Assembly: GCA_964016885.1 (NCBI GenBank)
Contig: OZ024743.1
Coordinates: 205,964,001 to 206,028,000 of the forward strand
DNA length: 64,000 nucleotides
Source: Eledone cirrhosa
Lineage: Eukaryota
Reading direction: 5' to 3'
In this document: in pieces, positions 1-14,200 of the stretch
How the letters are laid out: every line of letters begins with the position of its first letter
Numbering within the stretch: the stretch's first letter is position 1
The notes under the pieces: model-generated
What the model was told of the DNA's origin: nothing
Seen by the model: only the letters and a program-made list of their open reading frames with translations
Database searches by the model: none
Translations under genes and position numbers: made by a program

Positions 1-1190
1 CTTTGGCTGGCTGGAAATTATCTCCCCCTGATATTTTTTTACAAATTAGCTCCCCCTGAATTTTTTTTACAAATTATCTCCCCCTGATTTTTTTCACAAA
101 TTATCTCCCCCTGATTTTTTTTACAAATTATCTCCTCTGATTTAAAAAAAAAAATTATCTCCCCTTGGACGGCTGGAAATTATCTCCCCTTGGACGGCTG
201 GAAATTATCGCCCCCTGATTTGTTTTAACAAATTATCTCCACCTGATTTTTTTACAAATCATCTCCGCCTGATTTTTTAAAAAAATTATCTCCCTTGGCT
301 TGCTGGAAATTATCTCCCCTTGGACGGCTATAAATTATCTCTCCTTCGACGGCTGGAAATTATCTCCACTTGATTTTTTTACAAATTATCTCCCCGTGAT
401 TTTTTTTTACCAATCTACCCCTGATTTAAAAAAAAATTATCTCCCCTTCGCTGGCTGGAAATTATCTCCCCTTGGACGGCTGGAAATTATCTCCCCTTGA
501 TTTTTTTTACAAATTATCTCCCCCTGATTTTTTTTTACAAATTATCTCCCCCTGATTTTTTTTTTACAAATTATCTCCGCCTGATTTTTTAAAAATTATC
601 TCTCCTTGGCTGGATGGAAATCATCTCCCCCTGATTTTTTTTACAAATTATCTCCCCTTGCACGGCTGGAAATTATCTCCCCTTGGACGGCTGGAAATTA
701 TCTCCCGTTGGCTGCAAATTATCTCCCCTTGGACGGCTAGAAATTACCTCTCTTTGGACGGCTGGAAATTATCTCCCCTTGATTTTTTTTACAAATTATC
801 TCCCCCTGATTTTTTTTACAAATCTCCCAGTGATTTTTTAAAAAAAATTATCTCCCCTTCGCTGGCTGGAAATTATCTCCCCTTGGACGCTGGAAATTAT
901 AGCCCCTTGGAGGGCTGGAAATTATCTTCCCTTGGACGGCTGGAAATTATCTCCCCTTGGACGGATGGAAATTATCTCCCCTAGGACGGCTAGAAATTAC
1001 CTCTCCTTGGACGGCTGAAAATTATCTCCCCTTGGACGGCTGGAAATTATCTCCCCTTGATTTTTTTTAAAAATTATCTCCCTCTGATTTTTTTTTACAA
1101 ATTATCTCCCCCTGATTTTTTTTTACAAATTATCTCCCCCTGATTTTTTTTTACAAATTATCTCCCCCTGATTTTTTTACAAATCATCTC
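1..1190 (+). repeat. Variant cassette block also present at ~9881-11230, ~55330-56410 and (with deletions) ~60000-61010
   Basis: Bases 1-50 match 9881-9930. The rare variant ATCGCCCCCTGATTTGTTTTAAC occurs at ~207, ~10087, ~55535 and ~60148; GGCTTGCTGG occurs at ~297, ~10177 and ~55625. Confidence 0.88.
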
Positions 1191-4100
1191 CCCTTGGCTG
1201 GCTGGCAATTATCTCCCCTTGGAGGCTGGAATTTATCTCCCCTTGGACGGCTGGAAATTATCTCCCCTTGGACGGCTAGAAATTACCTCTCCTTGTACGG
1301 CTGGAAATTATCTCCCCTTGAACGGCTGGAAATTATCTCTCCTTGGACGGCTGGAAATTATCTCCCCTTGGACGGCTGGAAATTACCTCTCCTTGGACGG
1401 CTGGAAATTATCTCCCCTTGGACGGCTGGAAATTATCTCCCCTTGGACGGCTGGAAATTATTTCCCCTTGATTTTTTTTACAAATTATCTCCCCCTGATT
1501 TTTTTTACAAATTATCTCCGCCTGATTTTTTAAAATATTATCTTCCCTTGGCTGGCGGGAAATTATCTCCCCTTGGACGCCTGGAAATTATCTCCCCTTG
1601 GAAGGATGGAAATTATCTCCCCTTGGACGGCTGGAAATTATCTCCCCTTGCACTGCTGGAAATTATCTCCCCTTGGACGGCTGGAAATTATCTGCCCTTG
1701 ATTTTGTTTTTACAAATTATCTTCCCCTGATTTTTTTTACAAATTATCTCCACCTGATTTTTAAAAAAATTATCTCCCCTTGGCTGGAAATTATCTCCCC
1801 TTGGACGATTAGAAATTATCTCTCTTTGGACGGCTGGAAATTATCTCCCCTTGATTTTTTTTACAAATTATCTCCCCCTGATTTTTTTTACAAATCTCCC
1901 AGTGATTTTTTTAAAAAAATTATCTCCCCTTCGCTGGCTGGAAATTATCTCCCCTTGGACGCTGGAAATTATAGCCCCTTGGAGGGCTGGAAGTTATCTT
2001 CCCTTGGAGGGCTGGAAATTATCTTCCCTTGGACGGCTGGAAATTATCTCCCCTTGATTTTTTTTACAAATTATCTCCCCCTGATTTTTTTTTTACAAAT
2101 TATCTCCCCCTGATTTTTTTTTACAAATTATCTCCTGATTTTTTTTACAAATTATCTCCCCTTGGCTGGCTGGAAATTATCTCCCCTTGGAGGCTGGAAT
2201 TTATCTCCCCTTGGACGGCTAGAAATTACCTCTCCTTGGACGGCTGAAAATTATCTCCCCTTGATTTTTTTTACGAATTATCTCCCCCTGATTTTTTTTT
2301 TTACAAATTATCTCCCCCTGATTTTACTTTACATATTATCTACCCCTGATTTTTATTTACAAATTATCTCCCCCTGATTTTTTTTACAAATTATCTCCCC
2401 CTCATTTTTTTTTTACAAATTATCTGCCCCTGATTTTTTTACAAATTATCTCCCCCTGATTTATTTTACAAATTATCTCCGCCTGATTTTTTTTAATATT
2501 ATCTTCCCTTGGCTGGCGGGAAATTATCTCCCCTTGGACGGCTGGAAACTATCTCCCCTTGGACAGCTGGAAATTATCTGCCCTTGATTTTGTTTTTACA
2601 AATTATCTCCCCCTGATTTTTTTTACAAATTATCTCCACCTGATTTTTTAAAAAATTATCTCCTCTTGGACGGCTGGAAATTATCTCCCGTTGGCTGCAA
2701 ATTATCTCCCCTTGGACGGCTAGAAATTACCTCTCTTTGGACGGCTGGAAATTATCTCCCCTTGATTTTTTTTACAAATTATCTCCCCCTGATTTTTTTT
2801 ACAAATCTCCCAGTGATTTTTTAAAAAAAATTATCTCCCCTTCGCTGGCTGGAAATTATCTCCCCTTGGACGCTGGAAATTATAGCCCCTTGGAGGGCTG
2901 GAAATTATCTTCCCTTGGACGGCTGGAATTTATCTCCCCTTGATTTTTTTTACATATTATCTCCCCCTTTTTTTTTACAAATTATCTCCCCGATTTTTTT
3001 CTACAAATTATCTCCCCCTGATTTTTTTTTTACAAATTATCTCCGCCTGATTTTTTAAAAAAAATTATCTCCCCTTGGACGGCTGGAAATTATCTCCCCT
3101 TGAACGGCTGGAAATTATCTCCCCTAGGACGGCTAGAAATTACCTCTCCTTGGACGGCTGAAAATTATCTCCCCTTGGACGGCTGGAAATTATCTCCCCT
3201 TGATTTTTTTACAAATTATCTCCCTCTGATTTTTTTTTACAAATTATCTCCCCCTGATTTTTTTTTACAAATTATCTCCCCCTGATTTTTTTTTACAAAT
3301 TATCTCCCCCTGATTTTTTTACAAATTATCTCCCTTTGGCTGTCTGGCAATTATCTCCCCTTGGAGGCTGGAATTTATCTCCCCTTGGACGGCTGGAAAT
3401 TATCTCCCCTTGGACGGCTAGAAATTACCTCTCCTTGTACGGCTGGAAATTATCTCCCCTTGAACGGCTGGAAATTATCTCCCCTTGGACGGCTGGAAAT
3501 TATCTCCCCTTGGACGGCTGGAAATTACCTCTCCTTGGACGGCTGGAAATTATCTCCCCTTGGACGGCTGGAAATTATCTCCCCTTGGACGGCTGGAAAT
3601 TATTTCCCCTTGATTTTTTTTACAAATTATCTCCCCCTGATTTTTTTTACAAATCTCCCCCTAATTTAAAAAAAAATTATCTCCCCTTCGCTGGCTGGAA
3701 ATTATCTCCCTTTGGACGGCTTGAAATTATAGCTGCTTGTAGGGCTGGAAATTATCTCCCCTTGGACGGCTGGAAATTACCTCTCCTTCGACGGCTGAAA
3801 ATTATCTCCCCTTGGACGGCTGGAAATTATCTCCCCCTGATTTTTTTTTACAAATTATCTCCGCCTGATTTTTTTTTAAAAATTATCTCCCCTTGGCTGG
3901 ATGGAAATTTTCTCCCCTTGGACGGCTGGAAATTATCTCCCCTTTATGTTTTCTACAAATTATCTACCCCTGATTTTTTTTTTACAAATTATCTCTCCCT
4001 GATTTTTTTTACAAATATCTCCCCTTGGCTGGCTGGAAATTATCTCCCCTTGGCTGGCTGGAAATTATCTCCCCTTGGACGGCTGGAAATTATCTCCCCT

Positions 4101-6099
4101 TGGACGCCTAGAAATCACCTCTACTTGGACAGCTGTAAATTATCTCCCCTTGGACGGCTGGAAATTATCTCGCCTTGGACGGCTGGAAATTATCTCCCCT
4201 TGAACGGCTAGAAATTACCTCTCCTTGGACGGCTGAAAATTATCTCCCCTTGGACGGCTGGAAATTATCTCCCCTTGATTTTTTTACAAATTATCTCCCC
4301 CTGATTTTTTTTTTACAAATTATCTCCGCCTGATTTTTTTTAAACATTATCTCCCCTTGGACGGCTGGAAATTATCTCCCCTTGGACGGCTGGAAATTAT
4401 CTCCCCTTGATTTTTTTTCCAAATTATCTCCCCCTGATTTTTTTTTTACAAATTATCTACCCCTGATTTTTTTTTCAAATTATCTCCCCCTGATTTTTTT
4501 TACAAATTATCTCCCCCTGATTTTTTTTACAAATTATCTCCCCCCGATTTTTTTACAAATTATCTCCCCCTGATTTTTTTTACAAATTATCTCCGCCTGA
4601 TTTTTTTTAATATTATCTTCCCTTGGCTGGCGGGAAATTATCTCCCCTTGGACGGCTGGAAATTATCTCCCCTTGGAAGGATGGAAATTATCTCCCCTTG
4701 GACGGCTGGAAATTATCTCCCCTTGCACTGCTGGAAATTATCTCCCCTTGGACGGCTGGAAATTATCTGCCCTTGATTTTGTTTTTACAAATTATCTTCC
4801 CCTGATTTTTTTACAAATTATCTCCACCTGATTTTTTAAAAAATTATCTCCCCTTGGACGGCTGGAAATTATCTCCCCTTGGCTGGAAATTATCTCCCCT
4901 TGGACGGCTAGAAATTATCTCTCTTTGGACGGCTGGAAATTATCTCCCCTTGGACGCTGGAAATTATAGCCCCTTGGAGGGCTGGAAGTTATCTTCCCTT
5001 GGAGGGCTGGAAATTATCTTCCCTTGGACGGCTAGAAATTACCTCTCCTTGGACGGCTGAAAATTATCTCCCCTTGGACGGCTGGAAATTATCTCCCCTT
5101 GATTTTTTTTACAAATTATCTCCCCCTGATTATTTTTTACAAATTATCTCCCCCTGATTTTTTTTTTTACAAATTATCTCCCCTTGGACGGCTGGAAATT
5201 ATCTCCCCTTGGACGGCTGGAAATTATCTCCCCTTGGACGCCTAGAAATTACCTCTCCTTGGACAGCTGTAAATTATCTCCCCTTGGACGGCTGGAAATT
5301 ATCTCGCCTTGGACGGCTGGAAATTATCTCCCCTTGATTTTGTATACAAATTATCTCCCCCTGATTTTTTTTTACAAATTATCTGCCCCTGATTATTTTT
5401 TTACAAATTAGCTCCGCCTGATTTTTTTTTAAAATTATCTCCCCTTGGACGGCTGGAAATTATCTCCCCTTGGACGGCTGGAAATTATCTCCCCTTGAAC
5501 GGCTAGAAATTACCTCTCCTTGGACGGCTGAAAATTATCTCTCCTTGGACGGCTGGAAATTATCTCCCCTTGATTTTTTTACAAATTATCTCCCCCTGAT
5601 TTTTTTTTTCCAAATTATCTCCCCCTGATTTTTTTCTCCAAATTATCTCCCCCTGATTTTTTTTTTACAAATTATCTCCCCCTGATTTTTTTTTACAAAT
5701 TATCTCCCCCTGATTTTTTTACAAATTATCTCCCCTTGGCTGGCTGGAAATTATCTCCCCTTGGAGGCTGGAATTTATCTCCCCTTGGACGGCTGGAAAT
5801 TATCTCCCCTTGGACGGCTAGAAATTACCTCTCCTTGGACGGCTGGAAATTATCTCCCCTTGAACGGCTGGAAATTATCTCCCCTTGGACGGCTGGAAAT
5901 TATCACCCCTTGGACGGCTGGAAATTACCTCTCCTTGGACGGCTGGAAATTATCTCCCCTTGGACGGCTGGAAATTATCTCCCCTTGGACGGCTGGAAAT
6001 TATTTCCCCTTGATTTTTTTTACAAATTATCTCCCCCTGATTTTTTTTACAAATCTCCCAGTGATTTTTAAAAAAAATTATCTCCCCTTCGCTGGCTGG

Positions 6100-7800
6100 A
6101 AATTATCTCCCCTTGGACGCTGGAAATTATAGCCCCTTGGAGGGCTGGAAATTATCTTCCCTTGGACGGCTGGAAATTATCTCCCCTTGGACGGCTGGAA
6201 ATTATCTCCCCTAGGACGGCTAGAAATTACCTCTCCTTGGACGGCAGAAAATTATCTCCCCTTGGACGGCTGGAAATTATCTCCCCTTGATTTTTTTTAA
6301 AAATTATCTCCCTCTGATTTTTTTTTACAAATTATCTCCCCCTGATTTTTTTTTACAAATTATCTCCCCCTGATTTTTTTACAAATCATCTCCCCTTGGC
6401 TGGCTGGCAATTATCTCCCCTTGGAGGCTGGAATTTATCTCCCCTTGGACGGCTGGAAATTATCTCCCCTTGGACGGCTAGAAATTACCTCTCCTTGTAC
6501 GGCTGGAAATTATCTCCCCTTGAACGGCTGGAAATTATCTCCCCTTGGACGGCTGGAAATTATCTCCCCTTGGACGGCTGGAAATTACCTCTCCTTGGAC
6601 GGCTGGAAATTATCTCCCCTTGGACGGCTGGAAATTATCTCCCCTTGGACGGCTGGAAATTATTTCCCCTTGATTTTTTTTACAAATTATCTCCCCCTGA
6701 TTTTTTTTACAAATTATCTCCGCCTGATTTTTTAAAATATTATCTTCCCTTGGCTGGCGGGAAATTATCTCCCCTTGGACGCCTGGAAATTATCTCCCCT
6801 TGGAAGGATGGAAATTATCTCCCCTTGGACGGCTGGAAATTATCTCCCCTTGCACTGCTGGAAATTATCTCCCCTTGGACGGCTGGAAATTATCTGCCCT
6901 TGATTTTGTTTTTACAAATTATCTTCCCCTGATTTTTTTTACAAATTATCTCCACCTGATTTTTAAAAAAATTATCTCCCCTTGGCTGGAAATTATCTCC
7001 CCTTGGACGATTAGAAATTATCTCTCTTTGGACTGCTGGAAATTATCTCCCCTTGATTTTTTTTACAAATTATCTCCCCCTGATTTTTTTTACAAATCTC
7101 CCAGTGATTTTTTTTTTTAAATTATCTCCCCTTCGCTGGCTGGAAATTATCTCCCCTTGGACGCTGGAAATTATAGCCCCTTGGAGGGCTGGAAGTTATC
7201 TTCCCTTGGAGGGCTGGAAATTATCTTCCCTTGGACGGCTGGAAATTATCTCCCCTTGATTTTTTTTACAAATTATCTCCCCCTGATTTTTTTTTACAAA
7301 TTATCTCCCCCTGATTTTTTTTTACAAATTATCTCCTGATTTTTTTTACAAATTATCTCCCCTTGGCTGGCTGGAAATTATCTCCCCTTGGTGGCTGGAA
7401 TTTATCTCCCCTTGGACGGCTAGAAATTACCTCTCCTTGGACGGCTGAAAATTATCTCCCCTTGATTTTTTTTACGAATTATCTCCCCCTGATTTTTTTT
7501 TTTACAAATTATCTCCCCCTGATTTTATTTTACATATTATCTACCCCTGATTTTTATTTACAAATTATCTCCCCCTGATTTTTTTTACAAATTATCTCCC
7601 CCTCATTTTTTTTTTACAAATTATCTGCCCCTGATTTTTTTACAAATTATCTCCCCCTGATTTATTTTACAAATTATCTCCGCCTGATTTTTTTAAATAT
7701 TATCTTCCCTTGGCTGGCGGGAAATTATCTCCCCTTGGACGGCTGGAAACTATCTCCCCTTGGACAGCTGGAAATTATCTGCCCTTGATTTTGTTTTTAC
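6100..7800 (+). repeat. Duplicate of ~890-2600 (offset ~5.2 kb)
   Basis: Identical 178-aa ORF at 1194 and 6396. Shared variants AAATCATCTCCCCTTGGCTGGCTGGCAA (~1181, ~6383) and CCTCATTTT (~2400, ~7601). Confidence 0.85.
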
Positions 7801-10800
7801 AAATTATCTCCCCTTGGCTGGCTGGAAATTATCTCCCCTTGGCTGGCTGGAAATTATCTCCCCCTGATATTTTTTTACAAATTAGCTCCCCCTGATTTTT
7901 TTTTACAAATTATCTCCCCCTGATTTTTTTTTTTACAAATTATCTCCGCCTGATTTTTTTAAAATTATCTCCCCTTGGCTGGATGGAAATTATCTCCCCT
8001 TGGACGGCTGGAAATTATCTCCCCTTGGAAGGATGGAAATTATCTCCCCTTGGACGGCTGGAAATTATCTCCCCTTGCACGGCTGGAAATTATCTCCCCT
8101 TGGACGGCTAGAAATTACCTCTCCTTGGACGGCTGAAAATTATCTCCCCTTGGACGGCTGGAAATTATCTCCCCCTGATTTTTTTTACAAATTATCTCCC
8201 CTTGCACGGCTGGAAATTATCTCCCCTTGGACGGCTGGAAATTATCTGCCCTTGATTTTGTTTTTACAAATTATCTCCCCCTGATTTTTTTTACAAATTA
8301 TCTCCACCTGATATTTAAAAAAATTATCTCCCCTTGGACGGCTGGAAATTATCTCCCCTTGGCTGGAAATTATCTCCCCTTGGACGATTAGAAATTATCT
8401 CTCTTTGGACGGCTGGAAATTATCTCCCCTTGATTTTTTTTACAAATTATCTCCCCCTGATTTTTTTTACAAATCTCCCAGTGATTTTTTAAAAAAAATT
8501 ATCTCCCCTTCGCTGGCTGGAAATTACCTCCCCTTGGACGCTGGAAATTATAGCCCCTTGGAGGGCTGGAAATTATCTTCCCTTGGACGGCTGGAAATTA
8601 TCTCCCCTTGATTTTTTTTACATATTATCACCCCTGATTTTTTTTTACAAATTATCTCCCCCTGTTCTTTTTTACAAATTATCTCCCCCTGATTTTTTTA
8701 CAAATTATCTCCCCTTGGCTGGGTGGAAATTATCTCCCCTTGGAGGCTGGAATTTATCTCCCCTTGGACGGCTGGAAATTATCTCCCCTTGGACGGCTAG
8801 AAATTATCTCCCCTTGAACGGCTGGAAATTATCTCCCCTTGGACGGCTGGAAATTATCTCCCCTTGGAAGGATGGAAATTATCTCCCCTTGGACGGCTGG
8901 AAATTATCTCCCCTTGCACGGCTGGAAATTATCTTCCCTTGGACGGCTAGAAATTACCTCTCCTTGGACGGCTGAAAATTATCTCCCCTTGGACGGCTGG
9001 AAATTATCTCCCCCTGATTTTTTTTACAAATTATCTCCCCTTGCACGGCTGGAAATTATCTCACCTTGGACGGATGGAAATTATCTGCCCTTGATTTTGT
9101 TTTTACAAATGATCTCCCCCTGATTTTTTTTACAAATTATCTGCCCCTGATTTTTTTTTTACAAATTATCTCCGCCTGATTTTTTTTTAAAATTATCTCC
9201 CCTTGGACGGCTGGAAATTATCTCCCCTTGGACGGCTGGAAATTATCTCCCCTTGATTTTTTTACAAATTATCTCCGCCTGATTTTTTTTTTACAAATTA
9301 TCTCCGCCTGATTTTTTTTTAAAATTATCTCCCCTTGGACGGCTGGAAATTATCTCCCCTTGGACGGCTGGAAATTATCTCCCCTTGATTTTTTTTTCCA
9401 AATTATCTCCCCCTGATTTTTTTTTACAAATTATCTACCCCTGATTTTTTTTATACAAATTATCTCCCCCTGATTTTTTTTACAAATTATCTCCCCCTGA
9501 TTTTTTTTTTACAAATTATCTCCCCCCGATTTTTTTACAAATTATCTCCCCCTGAATTTTTTTACAAATTATCTCCGCCTGATTTTTTAAAGTATTATCT
9601 TCCCTTGGCTGGCGGGAAATTATCTCCCCTTGGACGGCTGGAAATTATCTCCCCTTGGAAGGATGGAAACTATCTCCCCTTGGACGGCTGGAAATTATCT
9701 CCCCTTGCACTGCTGGAAATTATCTCCCCTTGGACGGCTGGAAATTATCTGCCCTTGATTTTGTTTTTACAAATTATCTTCCCCTGATTTTTTTTACAAA
9801 TTATCTCCACCTGATTTTTTAAAAAATTATCTCCCCTTGGACGGCTGGAAATTATCTCCCCTTGGCTGGAAATTATCTCCCTTTGGCTGGCTGGAAATTA
9901 TCTCCCCCTGATATTTTTTTACAAATTAGCTCCCCCTGATTTTTTTTTACAAATTATCTCCCCCTGATTTTTTTCACAAATTATCTCCCCCTGATTTTTT
10001 TTACAAATTATCTCCTCTGATTTAAAAAAAAAAATTATCTCCCCTTGGACGGCTGGAAATTATCTCCCCTTGGACGGCTGGAAATTATCGCCCCCTGATT
10101 TGTTTTAACAAATTATCTCCACCTGATTTTTTTACAAATCATCTCCGCCTGATTTTTTTAAAAAATTATCTCCCTTGGCTTGCTGGAAATTATCTCCCCT
10201 TGGACGGCTATGAATTATCTCTCCTTCGACGGCTGGAAATTATCTCCACTTGATTTTTTTACAAATTATCTCCCCGTGATTTTTTTTTACCAATCTACCC
10301 CTGATTTAAAAAAAAAAATTATCTCCCCTTCGCTGGCTGGAAATTATCTCCCCTTGGACGGCTGGAAATTATCTCCCCTTGATTTTTTTTACAAATTATC
10401 TCCCCCTGATTTTTTTTTACAAATTATCTCCCCCTGATTTTTTTTTTACAAATTATCTCCGCCTGATTTTTTAAAAATTATCTCTCCTTGGCTGGATGGA
10501 AATCATCTCCCCCTGATTTTTTTTACAAATTATCTCCCCTTGCACGGCTGGAAATTATCTCCCCTTGGACGGCTGGAAATTATCTCCCGTTGGCTGCAAA
10601 TTATCTCCCCTTGGACGGCTAGAAATTACCTCTCTTTGGACGGCTGGAAATTATCTCCCCTTGATTTTTTTTACAAATTATCTCCCCCTGATTTTTTTTA
10701 CAAATCTCCCAGTGATTTTTTTAAAAAAATTATCTCCCCTTCGCTGGCTGGAAATTATCTCCCCTTGGACGCTAGAAATTATAGCCCCTTGGAGGGCTGG

Positions 10801-11238
10801 AAATTATCTTCCCTTGGACGGCTGGAAATTATCTCCCCTTGATTTTTTTTACATATTATCTCCCCCTGATTTTTTTTTACAAATTATCTCCCCGATTTTT
10901 TTCTACAAATTATCTCCCCCTGATTTTTTTTTTACAAATTATCTCCGCCTGATTTTTAAAAAAAAATTATCTCCCCTTGGACGGCTGGAAATTATCTCCC
11001 CTTGGACGGCTGGAAATTATCTCCCCTAGGACGGCTAGAAATTACCTCTCCTTGGACGGCTGAAAATTATCTCCCCTTGGACGGCTGGAAATTATCTCCC
11101 CTTGATTTTTTTTAAAAATTATCTCCCTCTGATTTTTTTTTACAAATTATCTCCCCCTGATTTTTTTTTACAAATTATATCCCCCTGATTTTTTTTTACA
11201 AATTATCTCCCCCTGATTTTTTTACAAATTATCTCCCC

Positions 11239-14200
11239 TTGGCTGGCTGGCAATTATCTCCCCTTGGAGGCTGGAATTTATCTCCCCTTGGACGGCTGGA
11301 AATTATCTCCCCTTGGACGGCTAGAAATTACCTCTCCTTGTACGGCTGGAAATTATCTCCCCTTGAACGGCTGGAAATTATCTCCCCTTGGACGGCTGGA
11401 AATTATCTCCCCTTGGACGGCTGGAAATTACCTCTCCTTGGACAGCTGGAAATTATCTCCCCTTGGACGGCTGGAAATTATCTCCCCTTGGACGGCTGGA
11501 AATTATTTCCCCTTGATTTTTTTTACAAATTATCTCCCCCTGATTTTTTTTACAAATTATCTCCGCCTGATTTTTTAAAATATTATCTTCCCTTGGCTGG
11601 CGGGAAATTATCTCCCCTTGGACGCCTGGAAATTATCTCCCCTTGGAAGGATGGAAATTATCTCCCCTTGGACGGCTGGAAATTATCTCCCCTTGCACTG
11701 CTGGAAATTATCTCCCCTTGGACGGCTGGAAATTATCTGCCCTTGATTTTGTTTTTACAAATTATCTTCCCCTGATTTTTTTTACAAATTATCTCCACCT
11801 GATTTTTAAAAAAATTATCTCCCCTTGGCTGGAAATTTTCTCCCCTTGGACGATTAGAAATTATCTCTCTTTGGACGGCTGGAAATTATCTCCCCTTGAT
11901 TTTTTTTACAAATTATCTCCCCCTGATTTTTTTTACAAATCTCCCAGTGATTTTTTTAAAAAAATTATCTCCCCTTCGCTGGCTGGAAATTATCTCCCCT
12001 TGGACGCTGGAAATTATAGCCCCTTGGAGGGCTGGAAGTTATCTTCCCTTGGAGGGCTGGAAATTATCTTCCCTTGGACGGCTGGAAATTATCTCCCCTT
12101 GATTTTTTTTACAAATTATCTCCCCCTGATTTTTTTTTACAAATTATCTCCCCCTGATTTTTTTTTACAAATTATCTCCTGATTTTTTTTACAAATTATC
12201 TCCCCTTGGCTGGCTGGAAATTATCTCCCCTTGGAGGCTGGAATTTATCTCCCCTTGGACGGCTAGAAATTACCTCTCCTTGGACGGCTGAAAATTATCT
12301 CCCCTTGATTTTTTTTACGAATTATCTCCCCCTGATTTTTTTTTTTACAAATTATCTCCCCCTGATTTTATTTTACATATTATCTACCCCTGATTTTTAT
12401 TTACAAATTATCTCCCCCTGATTTATTTTACAAATTATCTCCGCCTGATTTTTTTAAATATTATCTTCCCTTGGCTGGCGGGAAATTATCTCCCCTTGGA
12501 CGGCTGGAAACTATCTCCCCTTGGACAGCTGGAAATTATCTGCCCTTGATTTTGTTTTTACAAATTATCTCCCCCTGATTTTTTTTACAAATTATCTCCA
12601 CCTGATTTTTTAAAAAACTATCTCCTCTTGGACGGCTGGAAATTATCTCCCCTTGGCTGGAAATTATCTCCCCTTGGACGGCTAGAAATTATCTCTCTTT
12701 GGACGGCTGGAAATTATCTCCCTTTGATTTTTTTTACAAATTATCTCCCTCTGATTTTTTTTACAAATCTCCCCTTGATTTTTTTAAAAAATTATCTCCC
12801 CTTCGCTGGCTGGAAATTATCTCCCCTTGGACACTGGAAATTATAGACCCTTGGAGGGCTGGAAATTATCTTCCCTTGGACGGCTGGAAATTATCTCCTT
12901 TGATTTTTTTACAAATTATCTCCCCCTGATTTTTTTTTACAAATTATCTCCGCCTGATTTTTTTTTAAAAATTATCTCCCCTTGGCTGGATGGAAATTTT
13001 CTCCCCTTGGACGGCTGGAAATTATCTCCCCTTTATGTCTTCTACAAATTATCTGGCCCTGATTTTTTTTACAAATTATCTCTCCCTGATTTTTTTTACA
13101 AATCTCCCCTTGATTTTTTAAAAAAATTATCTCCCCTTCGCTGGCTGGAAATTATCTCCCCTTGGACACTGGAAATTATAGACCCTTGGAGGGCTGGAAA
13201 TTATCTTCCCTTGGACGGCTGGAAATTATCTCCTCTTGATTTTTTTTACAAATTATCTCCCCCTGATTTTTTTTTTCAAATTATCTCCGCCTGATTTTTT
13301 TTAAAAAATTATCTCCCCTTGGCTGGATGGAAATTTTCTCCCCTTGGCCGGCTGGAAATTATCTCCCCTTGGCTGGAAATTATCTCCCCTTGGACGGCTA
13401 GAAATTATCTCTCTTTGGACGGCTGGAAATTATCTCCCCTTGATTCTTTTTACAAATTATCTCCCCCTGATTTTTTTTACAAATCTCCCAGTGATTTTTA
13501 AAAAAAAATTATCTCCCCTTCGCTGGCTGGAAATTATCTCCCCTTGGACGCTGGAAATTATAGCCCCTTGGAGGCTGGAAATTATCTTCCCTTGGACGGC
13601 TGGAAATTATCTCCACTTGATTTTTTTTACAAATTATCTCCCCCTGATTTTTTTTTACAAATTATCTCCCCCTGATTTTTTTTTTACAAATTATCTCCGC
13701 CTGATTTTTTTAAAAAAATTATCACCCCTTGGACGGCTGGAAATTATCTCCCCTTGGACGGCTGGAAATGATCTCCCCTTGGACGGCTAGAAATTACCTC
13801 TCCTTGGACGGCTGAAAATTATCTCCCCTTGATTTTTTTTACCAATTATCTCCCCCTGATTTTTTTTTTACAAATTATCTCCCCCTGATTTTATTTTACA
13901 TATTATCTACCCCTGATTTTTTTTACAAATTATCTCCCCCTGATTTTTTTTTTACAAATTATCTGCCCCTGATTTTTTTACAAATTATCTCCCCCTGATT
14001 TATTTTACAAATTATCTACGCCTGATTTTTTTAAATATTATCTTCCCTTGGCTGGCGGGAAATTATCTCCCCTTGGACGGCTGGAAACTATCTCCCCTTG
14101 GACAGCTGGAAATTATCTGCCCTTGATTTTGTTTTTACAAATTATCTCCCCCTGATTTTTTTTACAAATTATCTCCACCTGATTTTTTAAAAAATTATCT

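Noticed and set aside
261-300. Intrinsic terminators or promoter boxes at T-runs and TTTTAAAA palindromes
   Set aside because: There is no GC-rich stem before the T tracts and no associated gene. These are repeat-internal motifs present hundreds of times.
1194-1730. Leucine-rich repeat or other repeat protein suggested by the 25-aa Leu/Pro/Trp periodicity
   Set aside because: The period is simply 3 x 25 bp. There is no LxxLxLxxN consensus, no synonymous-site bias in variation and no frame preservation.
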